Positions 17,976 to 25,860 of a DNA stretch of 64,000 bases are shown piece after piece. This DNA is from Kiritimatiellia bacterium. Lineage in GTDB: Bacteria; Verrucomicrobiota; Kiritimatiellia; RFP12; UBA1067. Positions within the stretch are counted from its first letter, which is position 1. Every line of letters starts with the position of its first letter. The stretch spans positions 622 through 64,621 of the forward strand of contig JAFQYM010000015.1 of NCBI GenBank assembly GCA_017406465.1, in the 5' to 3' direction. The notes under the pieces were generated by a model that had not been told where the DNA came from, made no database searches, and saw only the letters and a list, made by a program, of their open reading frames with translations. The translations under genes were made by a program, and so were the position numbers.

Positions 17976-19508
17976 ATGATCGACATCAACCGTAGGAGTT
18001 TTCTTTTTGGTTCTGCCGCGGCCGCTACGCTCGCTGGCTGCTCGACCTCAAAGGTCGGGGCTCGCGAACTCAAGCCGGGCGAGAAGCGCAACGTCGCCAT
18101 GATCGGCATCGGCATTCAGGGGCGCTTCCTGCTTACTGAGTTTCTGAAGCAGCCCAACGTCCGCGTCGTCGCCATCTGCGACGTCGACAAGACGCGCCGC
18201 GAGGATAGCGCTGCGACGGTCGACAAGTACTACAAAGATGACTCGAAGTGCGCAACGTACGATGACTTCCGCGAGGTCCTCGCCAATCCTGAGATCGACG
18301 CCGTTTGCATTGCGACGCCCGACCACTGGCATGCGTACATCTCCGTCGAGGCGATGAAGCACGGCAAGGACGTCTACTGCGAGAAGCCGCTCACGTTCTC
18401 CATCGACGAGGCGAAGAAGGTCATCGAGGCGCAGAAGAAGTACGGCCGCGTATTCCAGACGGGCTCCATGCAGCGCTCTTGGCGCGTCTTCCGCACTGCG
18501 ACGGCGCTTGTTCGCGGCGGTGTCATCGGCACCGTCAGGTATGTCGACGCTAATTACGGCAAGGGCGGTCAGAAGCTTGGCGGGCCTTCTCACCCGATCC
18601 GCTTCTTTGATGACCCCAAGAACGCCATGAAGGAGTCCGAGGGCTATGAGCTTCTCGGCGAGAAGGGCTGGGATATGTGGCTCGGGCCTGCGAAGTGGCG
18701 TCCCTACTCCAACCAGCTCGCGCCCGTAGGCGTCAACAAGTTCTATCCGATGTTCTGGCGCTTCGACGATGACATCGGCTCCGGCTACAACGGCGACTGG
18801 GGCGCTCACCACCTCGACATCGCTCAGTGGGGCCTTGACATGGACGACTCCGGCCCGTACAAGATCATCCGCTCCGACGAGCCATACTCGACAGACCTCT
18901 ACCACGGCGGTCGCCGCCAGTTCGGCATGAGGATGCTCTTCAAGTCGAAGAAGGACGGCAAGGACGTCGAGCTCTACCACGGACCGTTTGGCGTGTGGGG
19001 AACGGTGTTCTACGGCACCAAGGGCATTGTTGCCGTCAATCGCGGCAAGATCGCGGTCTGGGCTGGTTTTGACGCAACGGCGGTCCGTCCGACCGAGGAC
19101 ATCCGCAAGGCGCTTCAGGACGTGTCGTTCATGAAGGACAACATCGTCGCCGAGTCCGTCGGCAAGGACTACGGGACCGACGCGGCCGTCAAGAAGGACA
19201 ACCGCCTCGATGCCGCGCTTGACCTCCTCGAGGAGAAATACGCCGCCGAGATCGAAAAGGCCGACCTCTATGTGAGCAACAACCAGATACAGAACTTCTG
19301 CGAGTGCCTCGACTCCCGCAAGATGACGATTTCGCCCGCCGAGGTGGGAGGCCGCAGCTGCACCCTGTGCCTCCTCTGCAACATGTCGTACGTCTACGAC
19401 ACCGGCTTTGACTGGGATCCCAAGAGGATGCAGCTCGCCAAGGGCGAGACGAAGGGCATCTCGACGAAGCGCGAAGTCTACCGCAACGGCTGGGAGATCG
19501 TCGTTTGA
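17976..19508 (+). CDS. Gfo/Idh/MocA-family oxidoreductase with twin-arginine/lipobox-like signal
   Basis: RRSFLFGSAAAATLAGCS, Rossmann motif IGIGIQG, YCEKP motif; 510 aa. Confidence 0.85.
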   Translation: MIDINRRSFLFGSAAAATLAGCSTSKVGARELKPGEKRNVAMIGIGIQGRFLLTEFLKQPNVRVVAICDVDKTRREDSAATVDKYYKDDSKCATYDDFREVLANPEIDAVCIATPDHWHAYISVEAMKHGKDVYCEKPLTFSIDEAKKVIEAQKKYGRVFQTGSMQRSWRVFRTATALVRGGVIGTVRYVDANYGKGGQKLGGPSHPIRFFDDPKNAMKESEGYELLGEKGWDMWLGPAKWRPYSNQLAPVGVNKFYPMFWRFDDDIGSGYNGDWGAHHLDIAQWGLDMDDSGPYKIIRSDEPYSTDLYHGGRRQFGMRMLFKSKKDGKDVELYHGPFGVWGTVFYGTKGIVAVNRGKIAVWAGFDATAVRPTEDIRKALQDVSFMKDNIVAESVGKDYGTDAAVKKDNRLDAALDLLEEKYAAEIEKADLYVSNNQIQNFCECLDSRKMTISPAEVGGRSCTLCLLCNMSYVYDTGFDWDPKRMQLAKGETKGISTKREVYRNGWEIVV

Positions 19509-20701
19509 TGAAACCAGTACGGGCCATAATCCTTGGCTACGGCATCCGCGGTCGCGCTTACTCGTCATACGCGAAGACCCATCCCGACGAGTTCGAGATC
19601 GCGGGTCTCGCCGACCCGGTGGCGGAATTTCCCGCCAACGCGAAATATCCGACGTGGAAGAGCTGGGAAGCGGCCCTTGACGCCGGCGTCGACGCAGACG
19701 CCGTCGTCATCTCCCTCCCCGACCGGCTTCACCACAAGTCGTGCCTCAAGGCGCTTTCGAAGGGCTACCACGTCCTTCTCGAGAAGCCGATCGGGTGCAC
19801 TTGGCAGGAGTGCGTTGACATCGCGGAGGCCCAGAAGCGCACGAAGCGCCTCGTTCTTACCGGCTATGTCCTTCGCTATGCGCCGTTCTACAAGAAGCTC
19901 CGCGAGGTCATCGCGTCGGGCGCGATAGGCGAGTTGACGAGCGTTCACCACCTTGCGGCCATTTCCTATGGCAAGGCGGCCCACGCCTACTGCCGCGGCA
20001 ACTGGTCGGTCGAGGCGAAGGGCACCGGCATGCTTGTCAACAAGTGCACGCACGACTTCGACCTCATCGAGTGGTGGACGAAGGGCAAGCGCTGCAAGAA
20101 GATATCGAGCTTCGGCTCGCTCATGCACTGGCGGCCAGAGAACAAGCCGGCGGGCGCGGCGGAACGTTGCCAGGACTGTCCCGAGCATGTCCGCGAGAAC
20201 TGTCCGTTCGACGCGTACAAGATCTACTACGACCGCACCGACTTGAGGTACCACTTCGCGGACGAGTCCGACGAGGCGATCCTGAACATGATCGAGAAGT
20301 CGCCTTACGGCCGCTGCGTCTATGCCTGCGGCAACGACTCCGTTGACCACCAGACGGTGCTTATGGAGTATGACGGTGGGCTCACGATCATCCTCGAGAT
20401 GGAGAGCTATTCGCAGCAGCGCACGCGCGTCACGCATTTCTACGGCACGCGCGGCGAGGTGATTGCCGATGAGCACAAAATCGAGATTCTGCCGTTCCTC
20501 GGCGATTCTACTACGATTGTTCCGCAGCAGTACGGCCACCATGGCGGCGGCGACCGCGAGATCATGACGGAGTTCGTGAAGCTCGTGAGGACGGCGTCTC
20601 CTGAGCGCTATTCCGCGGTGCTCGACGCGGCCTTGGAGTCTCACAGGATCGCCTTCCTCGCAGAAGAGTCCCGCAAGACCGCCCGCACGATCTGCGATTG
20701 A
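19508..20701 (+). CDS. Gfo/Idh/MocA-family oxidoreductase (cytoplasmic)
   Basis: ILGYGIRG and LLEKP motifs. ATG 19508 overlaps the upstream TGA by 1 nt; the track start 19505 is a TTG. Confidence 0.85.
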   Translation: MKPVRAIILGYGIRGRAYSSYAKTHPDEFEIAGLADPVAEFPANAKYPTWKSWEAALDAGVDADAVVISLPDRLHHKSCLKALSKGYHVLLEKPIGCTWQECVDIAEAQKRTKRLVLTGYVLRYAPFYKKLREVIASGAIGELTSVHHLAAISYGKAAHAYCRGNWSVEAKGTGMLVNKCTHDFDLIEWWTKGKRCKKISSFGSLMHWRPENKPAGAAERCQDCPEHVRENCPFDAYKIYYDRTDLRYHFADESDEAILNMIEKSPYGRCVYACGNDSVDHQTVLMEYDGGLTIILEMESYSQQRTRVTHFYGTRGEVIADEHKIEILPFLGDSTTIVPQQYGHHGGGDREIMTEFVKLVRTASPERYSAVLDAALESHRIAFLAEESRKTARTICD

Positions 20702-20703
20702 TT
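20671..20703. repeat. direct repeat copy 1 (33 nt; 3' end plus stop of the oxidoreductase gene)
   Basis: ccgcaagaccgcccgcacgatctgcgattgatt; 32/33 identical to 21929-21961. Confidence 0.9.
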
Positions 20704-20727
20704 TCGCCAACTAACGAAATACGCGAA

Positions 20728-20760
20728 ACACACGGAAGCGATTCCGTGTGTTTTTGTTTT
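20728..20760 (+). terminator. intrinsic terminator (10-bp stem, GCGA tetraloop, T-run)
   Basis: acacacggaa-gcga-ttccgtgtgt followed by tttttgtttt. Confidence 0.8.
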
Positions 20761-20807
20761 ATGTCAAAATAGCGCTGACGCGCGTGAATACGAACGAGCG
20801 CTTAATT

Positions 20808-20816
20808 TGCTATAAT
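20808..20816 (+). promoter_or_regulatory. extended -10 box TGCTATAAT, 6 nt upstream of ATG 20823
   Basis: tgctataat followed by atccgc and ATG. Confidence 0.6.
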
Positions 20817-20822
20817 ATCCGC

Positions 20823-21038
20823 ATGAGCAACGAGATGTTCGAGAGGAACCTGCCGCCGTACCTGGCGCACGACCTTGAGGCCTGGAAGAAGGGCGTCGAG
20901 GAGAAGTCTCATCTGCTCGACTGTCTCTGGGGTGAGCTCTACGGTTCCATCAACATCGCCGAAATCAACGACAACTTGATCACCCACGAACAAGCGCAGT
21001 ATCTCCGCGACAAGTACCTTTGGGGAAAGGACGTATGA
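20823..21038 (+). CDS. 71-aa helical protein, putative partner/antitoxin of the HipA-like kinase (no HTH seen)
   Basis: ATGA-coupled to the downstream kinase. Leaderless-type promoter. The first ~30 codons are duplicated at 25755-25859. Confidence 0.6.
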   Translation: MSNEMFERNLPPYLAHDLEAWKKGVEEKSHLLDCLWGELYGSINIAEINDNLITHEQAQYLRDKYLWGKDV

Positions 21039-21928
21039 TTGAGCCAATAGATTTCACTGACTGCGAGCGGCTTCCCGGACGCGCCTACAACGGCGCGAAC
21101 GGAAAGAAGATCGCCGTGCGGTACGATGGCGACGTGTGGCTCCTGAAGTTCCCTCCTTCGACGGCAGAGAAGCCGACAACTCTCTCCTACTCAAACAGCT
21201 GCTACAGCGAGCATGTTGCCAGCAACATCGCCAACATGATCGGCCTTAGGGCTCACGAGACGCGGCTCGGCACGTTCACCAATGGCAAGACAAAGGTCGT
21301 TTGCGCCTGCCGCGACTTCACGGCGGACGGCAAGGTCCTTTACGACTTCTGCTCGATAAAGAACACGGTTATAGATTCCGAGACAGGCGGCACGGGAACC
21401 GAGCTCGACGATGTCCTCGAAACAATCGATCACCAGTCGTTTGTAGACCCTGTTGTGCTCAAGGCGCATTTCTGGGATATGTTCGTGGTTGACGCGTTCC
21501 TCGGCAACTTCGACCGTCACAACGGCAACTGGGGTTTTCTCGTCGATCCCACTACACGCAAGGCAGAGATAGCCCCGGCGTTCGACTTTGGCAGTTGCCT
21601 CCTTCCCCAGGCCGACGACGACATCATGCGCCGCGTCATCGAGGACAAGGCGGAACTTGATGCCCGCATCTACAACTTCCCGGCTTCGGCTTTAAAGCAA
21701 GAGGGGAAGAAGATCGTCTATGTCGATTTTATCGCGCAAAACCGCGATGGCGTTCTCGCGCCGTCGCTTAAGCGCATCGTGCCTCGCATCGACCTCGCGG
21801 CGATCAGCGCCTTCATCGATGATACGCCATACCTCACCGACCTCCAACGCCAGTTCTACAAGACCTACCTCGCGGCGAGGTACGAGGCGATGTTTGAACC
21901 ACTTTCCCCAAGGAGAAGTCTCGCATGA
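21035..21928 (+). CDS. short HipA-like Ser/Thr kinase (297 aa), putative toxin
   Basis: FLGNFDRHNGNWGF (HipA catalytic-loop-like D-x-H-x-x-N) and IAPAFDFGS. RBS aaagga lies 4 nt before the ATG. Confidence 0.75.
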   Translation: MIEPIDFTDCERLPGRAYNGANGKKIAVRYDGDVWLLKFPPSTAEKPTTLSYSNSCYSEHVASNIANMIGLRAHETRLGTFTNGKTKVVCACRDFTADGKVLYDFCSIKNTVIDSETGGTGTELDDVLETIDHQSFVDPVVLKAHFWDMFVVDAFLGNFDRHNGNWGFLVDPTTRKAEIAPAFDFGSCLLPQADDDIMRRVIEDKAELDARIYNFPASALKQEGKKIVYVDFIAQNRDGVLAPSLKRIVPRIDLAAISAFIDDTPYLTDLQRQFYKTYLAARYEAMFEPLSPRRSLA

Positions 21929-21961
21929 CCGCAAGACCGCCCGCACGATCTGCGACTGATT
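21929..21961. repeat. direct repeat copy 2 (33 nt)
   Basis: ccgcaagaccgcccgcacgatctgcgactgatt; begins directly after the HipA-like stop codon. Confidence 0.9.
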
Positions 21962-22029
21962 GTTTAGCCACAAAGGACAGGAGAAACAGGAGAAGGGGAT
22001 TGCGCTAACGCGCGACCACGAAAAACACG

Positions 22030-22062
22030 AAGCACACGAAAGCGATTTCGTGTGCTTATTTT
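22030..22062. terminator. intrinsic (bidirectional) terminator: 12-bp stem, GCGA tetraloop, T-rich tail
   Basis: aagcacacgaaa-gcga-tttcgtgtgctt then attttat. Same architecture as 20728-20760. Abuts the stop of the convergent GT2 gene. Confidence 0.75.
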
Positions 22063-23026
22063 ATGCCGGTAGCAATAGCTTTAGGATGCCGACAATTGTG
22101 CCTTTCAGGTATGACCAGGCAATGTCTGGGCGCTTGTTTTTGATTGCTACAAGTCCGTAGTAGACGGCAGACAGCGGAGCGAAGACTAATGCAACGGAAG
22201 CAATCTGAAGTAGCGAGAAATGCTTTCTCGCGAACCGTAAGCGGTTGCGGGCAAAGCAATATGTGCGGTAGGGCTTTTCGATTCCGAGTTGTCGCAGCTC
22301 TGGCACGCATCCAGGCTCAAGAAAGCCGTGGTGTGCTGTTCGTGCCGTTGTAAGGACGATTTCCTCGTAGCCGGCTTCGCCGATTTTCCAACCAAAATCG
22401 GATTCTTCGAATATCTGGACATACTTCTCGTCAAATCCGCCGACGGCATCGAAGACCTTTCGCGGGACCATGAAGCCGTTTGGATAATAAGACGTCGGAT
22501 ATGACGCTGGACTTTCTGGAAGTTCGGCGATTGGAAGGTTTGGGCAGTGGTCTTTTGGCTGAGATGTCCATCTATTGAAGTTGCTTCCGAGAGACCAGAT
22601 GACGTTGTTCTTCCCCGGCCGCATGTGGACTGCCATTGGCGCGACGAGCCCCAGTTTTGCGTTCTCGCTGAACGCCTGAGTCATCTCAATGAAGATTCGC
22701 TTGTCAACGACATTGTCGTCATCAAGGAAGAAGAGATAGTCGCCAGTCGCAATCTTCGCGCCGTTGTTGCGCGACACCGCTTGAAAGGAGTTTTTCTCGT
22801 TATGTATGTACTTGATGGTCTCGCCAAATCTTCCCTTGATCTTTGCTGAGGTGTCGTCAGGCGAGCAGTCGTCCACTACAATGACTTCAAGCGCCGGCCA
22901 ATTCGTGTCCAGCACGCTCCGTACGCAGCGGCACACCATTTCCGCGCGGTTGAATGTCGGAATGATGACAGAGATAAGTTGAGGGATGTTATCCATATAT
23001 AGACTTTGCCCTGCTACCATCGCCAT
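22061..23026 (-). CDS. family 2 glycosyltransferase
   Basis: VIIPTFNRAEMV...VIVVDDCSPDDT...FFLDDDN. Confidence 0.85.
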   Translation of the reverse strand: MAMVAGQSLYMDNIPQLISVIIPTFNRAEMVCRCVRSVLDTNWPALEVIVVDDCSPDDTSAKIKGRFGETIKYIHNEKNSFQAVSRNNGAKIATGDYLFFLDDDNVVDKRIFIEMTQAFSENAKLGLVAPMAVHMRPGKNNVIWSLGSNFNRWTSQPKDHCPNLPIAELPESPASYPTSYYPNGFMVPRKVFDAVGGFDEKYVQIFEESDFGWKIGEAGYEEIVLTTARTAHHGFLEPGCVPELRQLGIEKPYRTYCFARNRLRFARKHFSLLQIASVALVFAPLSAVYYGLVAIKNKRPDIAWSYLKGTIVGILKLLLPA

Positions 23027-23991
23027 TTAGCATGCCGCCAAAGCCAGGCAAAGAAAAGCTGCCGATGAATGTTGTCGACAAGAAATGGTTTACATCCAAA
23101 GAAAAGCTTTATGAGCCATACCGGTGGATAGAACATGCCAAGTGTCCAGAAAAGAACGCGCTTGAAAAAGCCGCAGACTTCTTTGCTTGGCTTTTTTAAT
23201 ATGAAGTCATAGTAAAATCTAAACCAGGCATAATAAAGAGGCCGCCACCCTGAGAACGATGAGTTGAACATCGCCCCTATGCCATTGAAGTGGTATACGA
23301 GGCCGTTGACAGCTTCTTTTGTCGGCATCATGCAGTCCCAGTGTTGAGGCAGCAGCTTAGCATCGTCTCGGCAGACATAATTAAGGATGTCTTGGTCGAC
23401 AAAAAATGGAGTGCCCCATCTCTCGACAAAATCGGCGGCCTTTGCGACGAATTGTGTCTCTCGCATCCGCTTGAGATTCATTAAGACGACTCCAGAGCAG
23501 GCATATCGGCTTTCATCAAAGTCAGGGTTCCATTTTGAGTACTCGTGCACTCCTCGGCAAATGGAGGGGAGATCTCGACACCAAAGCAATGAGACGGAAT
23601 CGTCTCTTGCGGACCATAGCTCGCCCGGATCTCTTAGCCAAAGAGTATCGACATCTGAATAGAGCATCCAGTCGAATGGGAAGACATCGCAAAGGAAGAG
23701 CCTCAAGAATGCAGCATGCGAGTTCTTGTAAGCAGTGAAACGCGCCCGTATTGGTGCCATGTCGGGTTCGTGGAATTCTGGGGGTGCAGAGCCGTATTCT
23801 ATTGCAAATGCAGTGACTTTGTTTTTGTCGTCTTCAGATAATTCTTCTGCTAGGATGTGAAATCGAAGATTCTCTTTTTGCGAAGACGCACGAATCATGC
23901 TCACCATCGTGACGAGCAAACCTGGCAAGTAGCGGTGGTTTGACGCTAATGCGATGTGGATAAGTCTGTTGTCTGCCGTCTGCTGTGGCAT
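23014..23991 (-). CDS. family 8 glycosyltransferase-like
   Basis: IHIALASNHRYLPGLLVTMVSM and the DxD-containing YSDVDTLWL. Confidence 0.75.
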   Translation of the reverse strand: MPQQTADNRLIHIALASNHRYLPGLLVTMVSMIRASSQKENLRFHILAEELSEDDKNKVTAFAIEYGSAPPEFHEPDMAPIRARFTAYKNSHAAFLRLFLCDVFPFDWMLYSDVDTLWLRDPGELWSARDDSVSLLWCRDLPSICRGVHEYSKWNPDFDESRYACSGVVLMNLKRMRETQFVAKAADFVERWGTPFFVDQDILNYVCRDDAKLLPQHWDCMMPTKEAVNGLVYHFNGIGAMFNSSFSGWRPLYYAWFRFYYDFILKKPSKEVCGFFKRVLFWTLGMFYPPVWLIKLFFGCKPFLVDNIHRQLFFAWLWRHAKWRW

Positions 23992-25070
23992 TATAGGTCA
24001 AATACGGTCTTTGCGTGATTCCAGATCTTAAGTTCGTCGATTATGAAAGGAGTGTTAGGTTCTGTGTTGTAGGGGTTAGTGTTGTCGTTTGGGAGCCCCA
24101 TGATAGAAGAACTGCTTTTCAGTTTCTCTTCGTCGATTCGTCCGTTGCCAGTCTTAAAGGCACCGGGCAGCGCGACGCCATCTATGTAAATGGTAAGCGC
24201 ATCTTCTGTCCACGAAAATGCGTAGTGATGCCATGCCGTTACATCGGGAATGACATCGGCATATTTGTATCCTCCGCCAAATGGACCGCCCTTGATGTAC
24301 TCGAAATTAAAACATCTAACGCAGAACCCACCTCTGCCGGCTCCGTTGTTTGAGGAATATTCAACGGTGAACCATCCTGCAGGAGACTTAATGAATATCA
24401 TCCTTGGGTCGCAGTCGCGATAAAACTCGCGTCTTGGTTCAATCTTCGCCCAAAACTCAATGCAACCTTCTTTTCCGAAAGTCTCAGGCGGGAGCGTGAA
24501 GAAACCTGCGCTGCTGCCAGTTGGAACGCGCACTGCCTTGTTGATTTTTCCGTCGACGAACTCGCGCGAGCACACAGTTCCTCTTGGCCCAACAGCTGGT
24601 GATGTGATTGCTGCCTCGTCGTCGAAAGTGCAATGGAAGACGAGCCCGGCTTCGTCGCCTTTCGATGCGGTGCGGCGCTTCGTGAGCGTGAGCGAGCGGA
24701 TGTTCTTACGCTGGACATTGAGTTCGCCAAGTATCGACGCGAAGGGAAAGGCCTTGTTGTGAACCTTCATGGTGAACTTATCGCCATTCTCGAGCTCAAT
24801 CTTGGCGGCGTTGTTAGTGCCAGGGAAGGAGATGGACTTGACAATCGACGGGTCAAGTGCAAGTTTCTTGAGAAAAATTGTAGAGCCCGTTATCTTCTGC
24901 GTGAGAAATTCGCCCTTGACTGTCGAGCCGTCTTTCAGTGCGGCGCTCGCTGTAACGATGGTTTTATTCGCCGTGACGGTGATATCATTTGTCGTGGCGA
25001 CGGTTGCTTCGTTTGTGGCTGAGGCCACAACTGCGGCAGAGGTGAAGAGGGCTACTATAAGATGTTTCAT
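23991..25070 (-). CDS. secreted LamG/concanavalin-A-like lectin-domain protein
   Basis: Start set at MKHLIVALFTSAAVVASA (RBS aaaggaa). C-terminal WHHYAFSWTEDALTIYIDGV...IDELKIWNHA is typical of LamG-type jelly rolls. Confidence 0.7.
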   Translation of the reverse strand: MKHLIVALFTSAAVVASATNEATVATTNDITVTANKTIVTASAALKDGSTVKGEFLTQKITGSTIFLKKLALDPSIVKSISFPGTNNAAKIELENGDKFTMKVHNKAFPFASILGELNVQRKNIRSLTLTKRRTASKGDEAGLVFHCTFDDEAAITSPAVGPRGTVCSREFVDGKINKAVRVPTGSSAGFFTLPPETFGKEGCIEFWAKIEPRREFYRDCDPRMIFIKSPAGWFTVEYSSNNGAGRGGFCVRCFNFEYIKGGPFGGGYKYADVIPDVTAWHHYAFSWTEDALTIYIDGVALPGAFKTGNGRIDEEKLKSSSSIMGLPNDNTNPYNTEPNTPFIIDELKIWNHAKTVFDL

Positions 25071-25094
25071 TGCTCGTTCCTTTATGATGTGAGT

Positions 25095-25103
25095 AGTATA
25101 CCA
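25095..25103 (-). promoter_or_regulatory. extended -10 box TGGTATACT for the LamG-GT8-GT2 operon
   Basis: Reverse complement of agtatacca; about 24 nt upstream of ATG 25070. Confidence 0.45.
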
Positions 25104-25159
25104 TATCTTTGACGATTCTGTCATATTTGCGTAGCTGATTGACAGGGACGGGCGAATAT

Positions 25160-25168
25160 TGGTATAAT
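25160..25168 (+). promoter_or_regulatory. extended -10 box TGGTATAAT for the phd/relE-headed operon
   Basis: tggtataat at 25160-25168. RBS aagggga lies before ATG 25191. Confidence 0.55.
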
Positions 25169-25190
25169 TATGCCGCAAGGGGAAACTGAG

Positions 25191-25469
25191 ATGGCATCTA
25201 TCAAAATCAGACCAATATCAGATTTGCGCAACAACTACGCAAGTGTGGAGGAAGATGTAAAGAAGGGCCCTGTTTTTCTAACGAAGAACGGATATGGAAC
25301 GCTCGTCACGATGACGATTGAGGAGTATGAGCGCATTTCCGATCCGCTCGAGCGACTGCTTGACGAGACTGATGAGTATTGCCGCACCCATACGGAACGC
25401 GAGGATGGCGAGGCCATGTTCAAGAAGATAAGGGATAGACGCCATGCACTCAGGAAAGTTTCGGCTTGA
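25191..25469 (+). CDS. Phd/YefM-family type II antitoxin
   Basis: MASIKIRPISDLRNNYASVEEDVKKGPVFLTKNGYGTLVTMTIEEYE is a typical Phd/YefM N-domain. Confidence 0.8.
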   Translation: MASIKIRPISDLRNNYASVEEDVKKGPVFLTKNGYGTLVTMTIEEYERISDPLERLLDETDEYCRTHTEREDGEAMFKKIRDRRHALRKVSA

Positions 25470-25758
25470 GGCGACGCCGCTCTTTGGGATGGAGCTTGAA
25501 CAGGCAATCAACTATGTTGAAACGCAACTTAGCAATCCCGAAGCCGCCGACAAGCTACAGACCGATGTCGAGGCCGCTGTTCGTGAACGGCTTTCCTCGC
25601 CAACGTCTTTTGAACCGGTCGCGTCCCGCGTTGATCGAGAGCATCAGTATTACCGCATCTATGTCGGCAACTATATTGTTTTCTACTGTGTCATTGGCAA
25701 TGTGATGGAACTTCGCCGATTCGTCTACAAGGGTAGAAATTGGAAAATACAGATATGA
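25444..25758 (+). CDS. RelE/ParE-family type II toxin
   Basis: 104 aa; overlaps the antitoxin by 26 nt. FRLEATPLFGMELEQAINYV...YYRIYVGNYIVFYCVIGNVMELRRFVY. Confidence 0.75.
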   Translation: MHSGKFRLEATPLFGMELEQAINYVETQLSNPEAADKLQTDVEAAVRERLSSPTSFEPVASRVDREHQYYRIYVGNYIVFYCVIGNVMELRRFVYKGRNWKIQI

Positions 25759-25859
25759 ATTCAATGTTCGAGCAAAACCTGCCGCCGTATCTGGCGCACG
25801 ACCTTGATGCCTGGAAGAAGGGCGTCGAGGGAAAGTCTCCTCTTCTTTTGGAAAATTAA
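25755..25859 (+). pseudogene. truncated second copy (34 codons) of the 71-aa HipA-partner gene
   Basis: MNSMFEQNLPPYLAHDLDAWKKGVEGKSPLLLEN versus MSNEMFERNLPPYLAHDLEAWKKGVEEKSHLL at 20823. Its ATG overlaps the relE TGA. It ends 1 nt before the GT2 ATG. Confidence 0.55.
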
Positions 25860-25860
25860 A

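Noticed and set aside
20748-20822. The longer 96-aa version of the HipA-partner ORF, starting at 20748.
   Set aside because: That start lies inside the terminator T-tail and upstream of the TGCTATAAT box at 20808-20816. ATG 20823 fits the leaderless pattern seen elsewhere in the window.
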